From contig JBKHYD010000036.1 in NCBI GenBank assembly GCA_046565645.1, forward strand, positions 66,630 to 130,629: a stretch of 64,000 nucleotides of DNA. Direction: 5' to 3'. The stretch is from Acidimicrobiia bacterium (GTDB lineage: Bacteria; Actinomycetota; Acidimicrobiia; Acidimicrobiales; VFJN01). Position numbers and translations under genes: made by a program. The notes below the pieces were generated by a model. That model searched no databases, was not told the DNA's origin, and saw only the letters and a list, made by a program, of their open reading frames with translations. Of the stretch, positions 39,226-48,566 are shown piece by piece. The stretch's first letter is position 1; every line of letters starts with the position of its first letter.

Positions 39226-40604
39226 CACTCGTCGTCCGTCCCCTCGGAGGCCTCGACGGCCCCCTCGTCGTCGTGCTCGTCCTCGTCGACCGGTGCCTCG
39301 AGCTCGCTGCGGTCGATCGGGTTGCCCTCCTGGTCGAGCACCTCGACCCGCTCCAGGAGCCACTCCAGCGCCTTGCGCTTCCTGATGTCGGAGCGTACCG
39401 CCGAGAGCTGTCCGACGCGCTCGAACTGCGCCCGCACCTGCTCGGGGCTCTGCCCCACCCGCTCGGCCACGCCCTCCACCTCGGCGTCGAGGTCCTCCTC
39501 GGTGCACTCGATGCCCTCGGCGTCGGCCACCGCCCGCAGCGCCAGGTCCACCTTCACCCCGTTGGTGGCGGTGTCGCGCAGCTCCTGGCTGAACTGCTCC
39601 GGGTCGGCTCCGGTCATGGCGAGGTACTGCTCGAGCTGCATGCCCTGCGCCTGGAGCCGCAGGGCCAGGTCCTGCAGGCGGTCCTGCATCTCCTGGGCGA
39701 TCATCGGCTCGGGGATCTCGTCGGTCACGAGCTCGGCGATGGCCTCGCCCACCTTCTCCCGCATCGACATCGCGGCCTGGGCCCTGCGGACCCGCAGCAT
39801 CCGGTCGCTCAGGCTGGCCCGCAGCTCGGCCAGGGTCTCGAACTCCGACGCCTCGGCGGCCCACTCGTCGGTGGCCTCGGGGAGCACCTTCTCCTTCACC
39901 TCTCGCACCGTCAGCTCGAAGCTGAGCTGGCGCTCCTCGTCCGGGTCCGGGTGGGTGGCGTCGAAGGTGAGCGTGTCACCCGCCTTGGCGCCCACGAGGT
40001 GCTCGTCCACCTCCGGGGTGATCGCACCGGAGCCGACGGTGTAGCTGTACTCCTCGGCGGTGAGGCCGGACTGCGGCTCGCCGTCGAGGGTGCCGGCGAT
40101 GTCGATGGTGACGGTGTCGCCCTCCTGCGCGGGGCGGTCGACGTCGACGAGGGAGCTGTCGAGCTCGCGCATCCGGTCGATCTGGGCGTCGACGGCGTCG
40201 TCGTCCACCTGGGGCCGGTCGATGGTGACCTTGAGCGTGTCGTAGCCCGGGACCTGGACGCTGGGCCGGATCTCGACGACGGCCTCGAAGGCGACGTCGC
40301 CGTCCTCCTGGCCGCCGGTGATGTCGATCTCGGGCGGAGCGATGACGTCCACGTCGTGCTCGATGACGGCTGCCGTGTAGTACTCCGGGAGCGCGTCCTG
40401 GAGGGCCTGCTCACGCCCGGCCTGGGTGCCGAAGCGGGCCTCGAGGACCTTGCGGGGCGCCTTGCCCGGTCGGAACCCGGGGAGGCGGACCTCCTTGGCG
40501 ATCTTCTTGAACGCCTGGTCCACGGCCTTGTCGAACTCACCCGCCTCGACCTCGATGGACAGCTTGACCTTGTTCCCCTCGAGGGGTTCGACGGTGGATC
40601 TCAT
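39225..40604 (-). CDS. tig: trigger factor
   Basis: [55 protein letters not shown]; acidic C-terminal tail. Confidence 0.95.
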   Translation of the reverse strand: MRSTVEPLEGNKVKLSIEVEAGEFDKAVDQAFKKIAKEVRLPGFRPGKAPRKVLEARFGTQAGREQALQDALPEYYTAAVIEHDVDVIAPPEIDITGGQEDGDVAFEAVVEIRPSVQVPGYDTLKVTIDRPQVDDDAVDAQIDRMRELDSSLVDVDRPAQEGDTVTIDIAGTLDGEPQSGLTAEEYSYTVGSGAITPEVDEHLVGAKAGDTLTFDATHPDPDEERQLSFELTVREVKEKVLPEATDEWAAEASEFETLAELRASLSDRMLRVRRAQAAMSMREKVGEAIAELVTDEIPEPMIAQEMQDRLQDLALRLQAQGMQLEQYLAMTGADPEQFSQELRDTATNGVKVDLALRAVADAEGIECTEEDLDAEVEGVAERVGQSPEQVRAQFERVGQLSAVRSDIRKRKALEWLLERVEVLDQEGNPIDRSELEAPVDEDEHDDEGAVEASEGTDDE

Positions 40605-40697
40605 AGGTGAGGGGCGAGTCTACCGGTGCCGGTGTGGGCTCCCGACACGCGATCGGGGGCTGGCCGCGCAGGTGGGGGCGGTACGCTCGCCGCCTCA

Positions 40698-40770
40698 CGG
40701 GGAGTGGCGCAGCTGGTAGCGCACCTGCTTTGGGAGCAGGAGGTCGGGGGTTCAAATCCCCCCTCCCCGA
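40698..40770 (+). tRNA. tRNA-Pro (anticodon UGG)
   Basis: Hand-folded cloverleaf: CGGGGAG/CTCCCCG acceptor, anticodon arm CCTGC-TTTGGGA-GCAGG, T-arm GGGGG-TTCAAAT-CCCCC. Confidence 0.9.
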
Positions 40771-40878
40771 CTCGACCCGCCGGGTCCACCATCGGCTGTG
40801 GGCGGCGCGCGAACCTGGGGCAGCGGACCACCTGTTGGAGTACGACGCGCTCGGGCCGCTACCGTCGAACCCAACCCT

Positions 40879-40953
40879 GCGGGCGTAGCTCAACGGCTAG
40901 AGCCCCAGCCTTCCAAGCTGGTGGTGCGGGTTCGATTCCCGTCGCCCGCTCCA
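40879..40953 (+). tRNA. tRNA-Gly (anticodon UCC), CCA encoded
   Basis: GCGGGCG/CGCCCGC acceptor, anticodon arm CCAGC-CTTCCAA-GCTGG, T-loop TTCGATT, 4-nt variable loop. Confidence 0.9.
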
Positions 40954-41013
40954 GATGTCACCCGAGGTCCGGCCCTGAGAACCCCCGAGAAGCTCATCCT
41001 GGGTGCCGCTGCC

Positions 41014-41481
41014 GTGCTCCTCGCGGCGGGCGCCGTGCTGGCCATCGCCCAGCCGGGCGACCTGGGTGACGACGACTCGACCGAGACGGCCGCCGAGACC
41101 ACCACCACGGTGGAGCCCACCACCACGACCCAGGGCGACACCACCACCACCGAGGCGCCGTCCACCACCGAGGGGGACGACCCGGTCGTCACCACCGACG
41201 GCGACGGCTCCCCGAGCACCACCCTGGACCCCGCCGGGCAGCCCACCGGCACCACCGCTCCCGACGCGGGCGCCAGCACCAGCACCACGGTCGGCGGGAG
41301 CGGCATCGCGGGCGGCGGCACCCCAAGCGGCGGCGTCAGCGGCATCGCCGACACCGGCCACGAGTCCCTCCTCGGCGCCGGCCTCGCCCTCACCGCCCTC
41401 AGCCTGGCCCTCCGCCGCCTCCGCCCCGCCAGCTGGGAACAGCGCCTCCGGCACGACTCGAACGTGCGACCGTCGGATTAG
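41014..41481 (+). CDS. Thr-rich secreted/surface protein with a C-terminal LAxTG-like sorting signal
   Basis: High-GC3 frame. Ends ...GVSGIADTGHESLLGAGLALTALSLALRRLR, that is a motif, a hydrophobic helix and a basic tail. The start is uncertain: GTG 41014 is the first canonical start after tRNA-Gly, and a CTG at 40975 would give a better signal peptide. The 3' end overlaps tRNA-Arg antisense. Confidence 0.5.
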   Translation: MLLAAGAVLAIAQPGDLGDDDSTETAAETTTTVEPTTTTQGDTTTTEAPSTTEGDDPVVTTDGDGSPSTTLDPAGQPTGTTAPDAGASTSTTVGGSGIAGGGTPSGGVSGIADTGHESLLGAGLALTALSLALRRLRPASWEQRLRHDSNVRPSD

Positions 41482-41516
41482 AAGTCCGCTGCTCTGTCCA
41501 TCTGAGCTACGGAGGC
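41443..41516 (-). tRNA. tRNA-Arg (anticodon UCU)
   Basis: Reverse strand GCCTCCG TA GCTC AGATGGACA GAGC A GCGGA CTTCTAA TCCGA CGGTC GCACG TTCGAGT CGTGC CGGAGGC G. Confidence 0.88.
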
Positions 41517-41604
41517 CCATCGAGAGGCTACGCATCTGGCGCCCTCCGTCCCCACATGCGGTTGGGGCGGGGGTGGGCTCAGGGCCTATGCTGACCGCTC
41601 CCAT

Positions 41605-41682
41605 GGTGGCTGTAGCTCAGGTGGTTAGAGCGTCAGGTTGTGGCCCTGAAGGCCGGGGGTTCGAGTCCCCTCAGTCACCCCA
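41605..41682 (+). tRNA. tRNA-His (anticodon GUG) with the extra 5' G(-1), CCA encoded
   Basis: G-GTGGCTG...CAGTCAC-C acceptor with G-1:C73. Anticodon arm TCAGG-TTGTGGC-CCTGA. T-loop TTCGAGT. Confidence 0.9.
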
Positions 41683-41730
41683 TGGCCTTCGTGGTCGGGT
41701 GCGACAGCGCCTAGACTGCGAAGTCCACCT

Positions 41731-41804
41731 GCCCCTCTAGCTCAATTGGTCAGAGCGTCGGACTCTTAATCCGCAGGTTCTGGGTTCGAGTCCCAGGGGG
41801 GGTA
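41731..41804 (+). tRNA. tRNA-Lys (anticodon CUU)
   Basis: GCCCCTC TA GCTC AATTGGTCA GAGC, anticodon loop CTCTTAA, T-arm CTGGG-TTCGAGT-CCCAG. The acceptor closes with G1:U72 and U6:G67 wobbles. Confidence 0.8.
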
Positions 41805-41881
41805 CGGGAACCGGGCCAGGTACCCGGGCCGTGCGGCCCGGAGCCTGGCCTGGTGCGCGCTCGGGCTCAGCCCGGGGCGGC

Positions 41882-44209
41882 CTACGACCGGAGGTGGAGG
41901 CAGACGCGGGCGCCGTCGGGGTGGGGCTCGGCCCACGCTCGGCCGCCCATGCGCTCCACGAGGCTGCGGACCGTGGCCAGCCCCGTGCCGGTCCCGATGG
42001 ACGCCCCGGCAGCCCGCCCCCGCACCCCCCGCACGAAGACCGACTCGAGCTCGTCGTCCTGGATCCCCTGGCCGTTGTCGGTCACGACGATGGTGCGGAA
42101 GCCGTCGGCCGCGTCCGACCGGCACGTGACGGTGACCTCGAGGTCTCGCTCGGGGTGCCGGTACCGAGCGGAGTTCTGCAGCAGGTTGGACAGCACCCGC
42201 ATGAGGAGGCCGTGGTCGGCCCGCACCAGCACCGTCCCCACCGAGGAGACGTCGACGGCTCCGGCCGGCAGCCCGAGGTCGAGGGCCACCTGCTCCACCG
42301 CCGGGGCCAGGGCGATGGGCACCAGCTCGAGCTCGGCCTCGGTGGCCGCTCGGTGGAGCGCGTCGATGGCCTCGGAGATCCGCTCCTTGCCCCGGAGGGC
42401 GCGCTCGAGCCAGTCCCGGTGCTCGTCGCTCAGCTCGTCGGCGTGGTCTCGCAGGAGCCCGAGGAAGCCCTCGACGGCGGCCACCGGCTGGAGGAGGTCA
42501 TGGGTGAGGGTGGAGGCGAACGATCCCAGCCGGTCGTTGATGGCGCTCAGGTCGCTGGCGTGCGCACCGAGCGCCGCGTGGGCTTCCTGCAGGGCGCGGG
42601 TCGCCGCCCGCTGCTCGGACACGTCTCGGCCCAGGCCCACGATCCCCACGACCCGCCCGTCGCGGTCCAGGACCGGCCCGAGGATGACATCGACCTCCCG
42701 TCGCCCGCCGTCAGCCGCGACAAGGGTGGCTTCGGGCCACCGCTCCACCCGACCCTGCATGGCGTGCCCGATGGCCCGTGCGAGCGCCATCTGACCGGGG
42801 GCGGACACGAGGCGCGAGAGCGGGGACCCGACCATGTCCTCGGCGGTCCACCCGAGCAGCTGCTCGGCGGCGCGGTTCCAGTGGGTGCAGCGGCCGGTGA
42901 CGTCGGTGATCACGAGCGCGTCCGGCGAGGCCTCGATGACGCTTCGCAGCAGCGCCGCGTCCTCGCCGGAGCGCCGTTCGTCCTCGATGCTCCGCACCTG
43001 GCGGAGCAGGCGCGGCGCCTCACCCCGGGCCCGATGGTCGCCGGGGATGCCGCTGACCGTCACCTCGACCCAGCGCTCCGTCCCGTCCGCGGCGAGCACC
43101 CGCTGCTCCAGCCGATAGCTCGTGGTCTCCCCTCGCAGGAGGAGGTCGGCACCCGCGAGGTCCGCCTCGAGGTCGGCCGGGTGGACGACCTCCCAGCAGG
43201 CGCGCCCGGCCAGGTCCTCGAGAGGGTGCCCGAGGATGTCGGCCGCGGCAGGGTTGACCGCCACGTGCTGGCCGGTGCCGTCGACGAGCACCATGCCGAT
43301 CGGCGTGGCCTCGAAGACCCCCTCGACGAAGCGCGCCGCGGCACCGGGGGTGGCGATGCCGGCCCAGATCTCCTGGTGCACCGGCAGGCGCCGGCCCAGC
43401 GACCGAGCGGCCTCGTCGCCCGCCACCCGCACCACCTCACCGAGGTCGGCCTGCGGGCGGGCGTAGAGCCAGCCCTGGGCACGCTCGCACCGGAGCGACC
43501 GCAGCATCTGCTCCTGCCCGGGGCGCTCCACCCCTTCGGCCACCACCTCGAGCCCGAGCGACCGGGCGAGGGAGATGACGCCCCGCACCAGTGCCGCCGC
43601 GGCCGGGTCGTGGTCCATCTGCGACACGAACGAGCGGTCGACCTTCAGCTCGCGGATCTGGTGCTCCTGGAGCATCACGAGCGACGTGGCGCCGGTACCG
43701 AAGTCGTCGACGGTGAGACGGACCCCAAGCGCGCGCAGGGCCCGCAGCAGGTCGGGAGAGGTCCCACCCAGGTCCCGCAGGGTGGCCTCGCCGAGCTCGA
43801 CGGTCACCAGACCCGGGGCCAGCCCCACGTCGCTGATGACGCTGGCGAGGTGGTCGACCACGTCGGGCTGGACGAGCTGGGCGCGGGAGAGGTTCACCGA
43901 CACCCGGAGGGGCGGCCGGTCGGGATGGAGGTCGTTCCAGGACGCCACGCGGGCGCAGGCCGTCTCGACCACGTGCCGGCCGATCGGCACGATCGCACCC
44001 GAGCGCTCGGCCAGCTCCAAGAAGACAGCGGCTTCGATCACCTGATCATCGGGGCACCACCGGGCCAGGGCCTCGACCCCGGTGACGGCCCCGTCGACCA
44101 GGCTGACGGTCGGGAGGTAGTGGACCTCGACCTCGCCCGCAGCAGCGGCCGCGGCGAGATCGTGGGTCAGGTCGTGGGTGGCAGCCCCCACCTCCGGCAC
44201 GGTCGTCAT
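41882..44209 (-). CDS. cytoplasmic EAL - PAS - PAS - histidine kinase fusion protein
   Basis: N-terminal EAL domain (EALARW, SVNLS, DDFGTG, KVDRSF, AEGVE, QGWLYARP). Two PAS-like segments. HisKA H-box LTHDLLQPVAAV. HATPase_c N/G boxes (LLQNSARY, DNGQGI, GTGTGLATV). No hydrophobic segment seen. Confidence 0.85.
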   Translation of the reverse strand: MTTVPEVGAATHDLTHDLAAAAAAGEVEVHYLPTVSLVDGAVTGVEALARWCPDDQVIEAAVFLELAERSGAIVPIGRHVVETACARVASWNDLHPDRPPLRVSVNLSRAQLVQPDVVDHLASVISDVGLAPGLVTVELGEATLRDLGGTSPDLLRALRALGVRLTVDDFGTGATSLVMLQEHQIRELKVDRSFVSQMDHDPAAAALVRGVISLARSLGLEVVAEGVERPGQEQMLRSLRCERAQGWLYARPQADLGEVVRVAGDEAARSLGRRLPVHQEIWAGIATPGAAARFVEGVFEATPIGMVLVDGTGQHVAVNPAAADILGHPLEDLAGRACWEVVHPADLEADLAGADLLLRGETTSYRLEQRVLAADGTERWVEVTVSGIPGDHRARGEAPRLLRQVRSIEDERRSGEDAALLRSVIEASPDALVITDVTGRCTHWNRAAEQLLGWTAEDMVGSPLSRLVSAPGQMALARAIGHAMQGRVERWPEATLVAADGGRREVDVILGPVLDRDGRVVGIVGLGRDVSEQRAATRALQEAHAALGAHASDLSAINDRLGSFASTLTHDLLQPVAAVEGFLGLLRDHADELSDEHRDWLERALRGKERISEAIDALHRAATEAELELVPIALAPAVEQVALDLGLPAGAVDVSSVGTVLVRADHGLLMRVLSNLLQNSARYRHPERDLEVTVTCRSDAADGFRTIVVTDNGQGIQDDELESVFVRGVRGRAAGASIGTGTGLATVRSLVERMGGRAWAEPHPDGARVCLHLRS

Positions 44210-44913
44210 CCCACCCTCCCGGTCGTCGCGGGCGACGCCGTCGGCCGGGCCGGCGCGATGAGCCCGAGCCGCATCGCCTCGGTCACCGCCCCCAGGCGGT
44301 CGTGGACGCCGAGCTTGAGCATGGCGCGGCTCACGTGGTTCCGCAGCGTGTTGTGGCTCATGCCGAGCCGCCCGGCTGCGGCCTGCGCCGTGACCCCCGC
44401 CGCCAGGGCCTCCAGCACCTCGATCTCCCGTTCGGACAGCTCGCTGCGACCTCGCCGCTCAGGCGGGCGGAGGAGGCGTCGAGCCACGTCGGCGGGCAGC
44501 AGCAGCTCCCCGGCCGCCACCCGGAGCACCGCCTCCACGATGCGCCCGACGGACTCCGTCTTCGAGATCACCCCGTGGGCTCCCGACTCCAGCGCTGCCT
44601 GGGATGACCGCTCGGTCGGCCACCCCGTCATCAGCAGCACCCGGGAGCCGGGCGAGACGGCGAGGAGCGAGCCGACGTGCTGGTCGACCTCTCCGTCGGG
44701 CAGGAGCCGGTCGGTCAGGATGACGTCGGGCTGGTGGGCCCGGACGGCGTCGCGACCGGCAGCCAGGGTGGCGGCGGTGCCGACCACCTGCGCCTTGCCC
44801 TCCACCGCCAGCGCGATCTGCAGCGCCGACGAGAGCAGCTCGTGGTCGTCGACGACCACCACCCGGCACGGCCCTCCGACCTCGCTCCCGTCCATTCCCA
44901 TCACCCCTCCCAT
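44206..44913 (-). CDS. NarL/FixJ-type response regulator (receiver + LuxR HTH)
   Basis: VVVDDHELL, DVILTDRLLPDG, GVISK. C-terminal LSEREIEVLEALAAGVTAQAAAGRLGMSHNTLRNHVSRAMLKLGV. ATGA overlap with the kinase gene. Confidence 0.9.
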   Translation of the reverse strand: MGGVMGMDGSEVGGPCRVVVVDDHELLSSALQIALAVEGKAQVVGTAATLAAGRDAVRAHQPDVILTDRLLPDGEVDQHVGSLLAVSPGSRVLLMTGWPTERSSQAALESGAHGVISKTESVGRIVEAVLRVAAGELLLPADVARRLLRPPERRGRSELSEREIEVLEALAAGVTAQAAAGRLGMSHNTLRNHVSRAMLKLGVHDRLGAVTEAMRLGLIAPARPTASPATTGRVG

Positions 44914-45093
44914 CAGATCCTCATCGCGATGATCGTCTCCGCCGAAGCGGATCTTTAGGTCAAACCCCCTGTTCTCCTACTCATTGGGTCAAACGACCTA
45001 GTGCAGCGACACCACGAGGACATGACCATCGGCGCCCCGACAAGGTGCGAAGGGCCCTGCGGGAGCGGACCTCCACCCGCCGACTAACTAGTC

Positions 45094-45888
45094 ATGTCCG
45101 CTTCATCCCGATTTGGTCGACGGTCCCTGGTGCTCGGCGCCATCGCCGTGGCGCTGCAGGCGGCCGGCGTCGTCAGCGCCCTGGCCTACAACCCGGTCCC
45201 CGATGCCGGCCAACGACCTCCCGGGGCGTCTGCCCTGGCCGCCAGCGACCTCAAGGCCACGCCGCTCCGGGAGCCAGCCGAGACCACGACGACGACCTCG
45301 GCACCCGAGGAGGCCACGCCGCCCCCTCCGCCGGCACCCGCCCCGACGACCTCCACCCCGCCGGTCGCGCCGGCGACCACGGCCGCTCCGCCGCCGCCGA
45401 CCCCCACCACCGGCGCCCCCCAGCCCACGACGACCGCCCCACCGCCCGCTCCGGCCCCGGCCCCCGCCCCGCCGCAGCGCTCGCCGCTCCAGCGGGTCCA
45501 CGACACCTATCCGACGGTGGTCCCCTCCGCTTGGCGATCCGCCATAACGGTGCGCTTCGAGATCGTGAAGGGCAACGTGTCGTGGGCCGAGCCCAGCGGA
45601 CGCATCCTGGTCAGCGAAGCCCACGCCAACGGCTCCGACAGGGTCCTGAAGACGGGACTCGCCCACGAGTTCGGCCACCTCATCGCCTTCAAGTACGGCT
45701 CCCGGGCCTACAACGGTGCCGCTCCGAGCGGCTGGCCCGAGTACAGCGACCGCCCCGAGGAGGCCTGGGCCGACTGCGTGACCACGGTGTTCACCGGAGT
45801 CTCCGCACCGCCCTACGGGTTGCCGCCCTGTGCGGGCGAGTCCCTCAGCTGGACCCGCTCGTATCTGGCCTCCGGCCCGCCCTGGTGA
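45094..45888 (+). CDS. secreted Pro/Thr-rich protein with an HExxH motif (putative zinc metallopeptidase)
   Basis: Signal peptide MSASSRFGRRSLVLGAIAVALQAAGVVSALA, a PT-rich low-complexity linker, and a C-terminal domain with LAHEFGHLIAF. Confidence 0.65.
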   Translation: MSASSRFGRRSLVLGAIAVALQAAGVVSALAYNPVPDAGQRPPGASALAASDLKATPLREPAETTTTTSAPEEATPPPPPAPAPTTSTPPVAPATTAAPPPPTPTTGAPQPTTTAPPPAPAPAPAPPQRSPLQRVHDTYPTVVPSAWRSAITVRFEIVKGNVSWAEPSGRILVSEAHANGSDRVLKTGLAHEFGHLIAFKYGSRAYNGAAPSGWPEYSDRPEEAWADCVTTVFTGVSAPPYGLPPCAGESLSWTRSYLASGPPW

Positions 45889-45891
45889 GCT

Positions 45892-46671
45892 TCAGCTCGG
45901 AGCCCCGGCCACGACCGGGGGGTTCTGCGAGGACACCACCCCGCCCGAGGCCTCCTCGGTGACCGCCAGGAGCCCCAGCGAGCCCGTGGCCTGGAACGGC
46001 ACCACGGCGGTGTCGGGGCGGAACACCCCGAGGGAGATCAGTCCCCCCTCGGTCCGTCCCCACAGCTGGTAGGTCCGGCCCTCGGGCAGCTCCGGGAGGT
46101 CGTCGGCCATCAGGTAGCCGGTGCCGTCGGGGAGCAGCACCGCCACCACGGCGACCTCGCCGTCGGCGGACCGCAGCGTGGCGCGGGTGGCCCGCGCGTC
46201 GGCCAGCGCCGCTTCGGCGGCCTGCTCGAGGTCGGCGTCGACCAGGGCCGCCTCCATCTCGTCGAGCCGATCCTGCTGGTCGACGACGCGGAACCCGAGG
46301 ACGGCTATCACGACCGCGGCGGCCGCACCGAACGCAGCCGCCGGGACCGCGGCGGCGCGCCGGCGGCGGCGGGCACGGTCGAACGGGACGACGCTCGCCG
46401 GCCCCGCGCCCGTGCGGGGCAGATCGAGGCGCATGGGCGGCGCCGGCTCCTCCAGGGACCCGGCGATCCGCTCCCACAGGCCCTCCGGGGCGGCGCCTCC
46501 GCTGTTGCCGAGGAGCGCGGCGACGTCCCGGTGCTCGGCCACCTCGGCTCGGCAGCGTGGGCACTCGATCAGGTGCGCCTCGACGGCCCGGGCCTCATCA
46601 GGATCGACCGCGTGGAGGGCGTAGGCCCCCAGCAGCTCGGCGATCTCGTCGTGCGTGCTCGGTTCGTTCAC
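45892..46671 (-). CDS. anti-sigma factor (zf-HC2 N-terminus, RskA-like extracytoplasmic domain)
   Basis: HLIECPRCRAEVAEH motif, a single TM (AAFGAAAAVVIAVLGF), and a C-terminal RskA-like region (YQLWG...). Confidence 0.85.
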   Translation of the reverse strand: MNEPSTHDEIAELLGAYALHAVDPDEARAVEAHLIECPRCRAEVAEHRDVAALLGNSGGAAPEGLWERIAGSLEEPAPPMRLDLPRTGAGPASVVPFDRARRRRRAAAVPAAAFGAAAAVVIAVLGFRVVDQQDRLDEMEAALVDADLEQAAEAALADARATRATLRSADGEVAVVAVLLPDGTGYLMADDLPELPEGRTYQLWGRTEGGLISLGVFRPDTAVVPFQATGSLGLLAVTEEASGGVVSSQNPPVVAGAPS

Positions 46672-47312
46672 AGGTCACCTCCCAACCCAGCCCCCGCCAG
46701 CTCGACCCTCATGCGCTTCAGACCGGACCGGATCCTGCTCTTCACCGTGCCCTCCGGCTCCCCCAGCAGCTCCGCCGCCTCTCGGTAGGTGCGACCGCCG
46801 AAGTAGGCCAGGGCGATGGCCTGCCGCTCCCCCTCCGGCAGGGTGTGCAGCGCCTCCTTGACGCGCTCCGCGATCGCGAGGTCGACCACCTCGTGCTCCA
46901 GGTCATAGCCGCCCTCGGCGGTGCGGCGGACGTCGCGCTCCTCCCGCTGCCGACGGGAGGACTCCGAGCGCAGCAGGTCGACGGAGCGGCCGTGGCACTG
47001 GGCGAGGAGGTACGAGCGGAGCGACCCCCGGTCGGGATCGAACTTCTCCGGCTGGTTCCAGAGGCGCAGGAACACCTCCTGGACGATCTCCTCGGCCAGC
47101 GTGGCGTCGCGCAGCAGGCGGCGGGCCAGCGCGAACACGGCCCCCGCATGCCGGCGGTAGGCCTCGGCGAGGGCGGTCTGCTGATACCGGCTGATGGCGA
47201 CGACGAGACCGGCGTCGCTGGCCGTGCTCAGCTCGAAGTCTTCCTTTCGGCCCATGGCAGGGCGTTCTCCGGAGCCGGTCCCAGCGTCGGATGAGGCGTC
47301 GTCGTCGGTCAT
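46668..47312 (-). CDS. ECF (group IV) sigma-70 family RNA polymerase sigma factor
   Basis: Region 2 LAEEIVQEVFLRLW. Region 4 LPEGERQAIALAYFGGRTYREAAELLGEPEGTVKSRIRSGLKRM. The ATG at 47312 overlaps the upstream stop (ATGA). An alternative ATG lies at 47255. Confidence 0.88.
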   Translation of the reverse strand: MTDDDASSDAGTGSGERPAMGRKEDFELSTASDAGLVVAISRYQQTALAEAYRRHAGAVFALARRLLRDATLAEEIVQEVFLRLWNQPEKFDPDRGSLRSYLLAQCHGRSVDLLRSESSRRQREERDVRRTAEGGYDLEHEVVDLAIAERVKEALHTLPEGERQAIALAYFGGRTYREAAELLGEPEGTVKSRIRSGLKRMRVELAGAGLGGDL

Positions 47313-48514
47313 CGGCGATCGAACCGTGTGACGACCTCCACGTGAGAGGTCTGGGGGAACAGGTCGACGAGGGTGGCGGACCGCAGCTCGTAGCCCGCCC
47401 CGGCCAGCAGGCGGGCGTCGCGACCCAGTGCTCCGGCGTCGCAGCTGACCAGGACGAGGCGCGGGGTCCGGGTGGCGACCACGGCCCCCACCCCGGCCTT
47501 CCCGAGGCCGGCACGGGGCGGGTCGGCCACCACGGCCGCGGCTCGTCGGCCCCGCCAGCGGGAGGCGTCGCCCCGGACGACCTTGGCGTCGAGGTCGGCC
47601 AGGTTGATCCGGGCGTCGGCCGCCGAGGACGGGCTGCTCTCGACGACGGTGACGGGCCCGGTGGCCAGGGTGGCGGCGAACAGCCCGACGCCGCCGTAGA
47701 GGTCGACGAGGTGGCCACCTCCGGCGAGGGCGTCCCCGAGGGCGGTGCGGGCCGCCTCGACGAGCGCCTCGGCACCGTCGGGCCGGGCCTGGAAGAACGA
47801 GCGGGCCGAGATGCGCCAGCGTCGACCGGCCAGCTCGTCGTGGTACCAGGCCCGGGTGCCGGCGAGCAGCTCGGCCGAGCCCACCACCCGCACCCCGGCG
47901 GGCACCTTGGCCTCGGCAGGGGCGCCGTCGACCACGACGAGGCGCTCGCCGGTGGCTGGCCCGGCCCGCAGGACCACCTCCCCGTCCGGGAACCGACCTT
48001 CCCGGACGAGCTCGTCGACCAGGGGGTGGGCCACGAGGCAGGGGCTCACCGGGACGAGGTGGCGGCTCCTCCGGTGACGGAGCGCGAACCCCCCGTCGAG
48101 ACCCTGGCCTCGCAGGGTGGTGCGGTAACCGGTGGCGGTCAGCTCGGGCCCGAGGTCGACCTGCGCCTCGAGGTGGGCCTGCCGGCGGAGGGCGTCGACC
48201 ACGACGTCGGCCTTGAGGGCCCGCTGTGCGGCCGGATCGACGTGCTGCCAGTCGCACCCGCCGCACCCGGCCGCCACGAACGGGCACGGGGGCCCGACCC
48301 GGTGGGGGGAGGGCACGAGCACGTCGACCAGCTGGGCTCGGGCGAAGTCCTTCCGGCTCTCGTGGACCTCAGCGGCAACCAGCTCGCCGGGGAGGGCGCC
48401 GACCACGAAGACGACCCTGCCGTCGGCGTCCCGGGCCAGCCCGTCGCCCCCGGCCACCACCGCCGAGACCTGGAGCTCCAGGGTCTCGGTCAGGGGCGGC
48501 GAGACAGGGTCCAC
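47309..48514 (-). CDS. TRAM/Fe-S RNA (uracil-C5)-methyltransferase, RlmD/TrmA (RumA) family
   Basis: Cys cluster CPFVAAGCGGCDWQH, SAM motif VDLYGGVGLFA, VVADPPRAGLG, LVSCDAGALGRD. Start set at GTG 48514 so that the gene does not overlap the divergent rpe. The track ORF extends to 48793. Confidence 0.8.
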   Translation of the reverse strand: MDPVSPPLTETLELQVSAVVAGGDGLARDADGRVVFVVGALPGELVAAEVHESRKDFARAQLVDVLVPSPHRVGPPCPFVAAGCGGCDWQHVDPAAQRALKADVVVDALRRQAHLEAQVDLGPELTATGYRTTLRGQGLDGGFALRHRRSRHLVPVSPCLVAHPLVDELVREGRFPDGEVVLRAGPATGERLVVVDGAPAEAKVPAGVRVVGSAELLAGTRAWYHDELAGRRWRISARSFFQARPDGAEALVEAARTALGDALAGGGHLVDLYGGVGLFAATLATGPVTVVESSPSSAADARINLADLDAKVVRGDASRWRGRRAAAVVADPPRAGLGKAGVGAVVATRTPRLVLVSCDAGALGRDARLLAGAGYELRSATLVDLFPQTSHVEVVTRFDRR

Positions 48515-48566
48515 GAGGGCAGCGTAGGTGCCGGGCGCCGGGGCCGGCCGTGCGAGGATGGGAGCG

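Noticed and set aside
40798-40953. N-terminal part of track ORF 40798..41481
   Set aside because: It is occupied by the tRNA-Gly gene (40879-40953) on the same strand. The CDS, if real, must start after it.
41731-41804. Concern that tRNA-Lys(CUU) is a pseudogene because of the G1:U72 and U6:G67 acceptor wobbles
   Set aside because: The rest of the cloverleaf (D-arm, anticodon arm, T-arm, lengths) is canonical, and wobble pairs are tolerated. The gene is kept at slightly reduced confidence.
45280-45480. Pro/Thr/Ala-rich DNA-level repetitiveness in the HExxH protein gene
   Set aside because: It reads as a low-complexity PT linker within a continuous coding frame, not a discrete tandem DNA repeat or mobile element.
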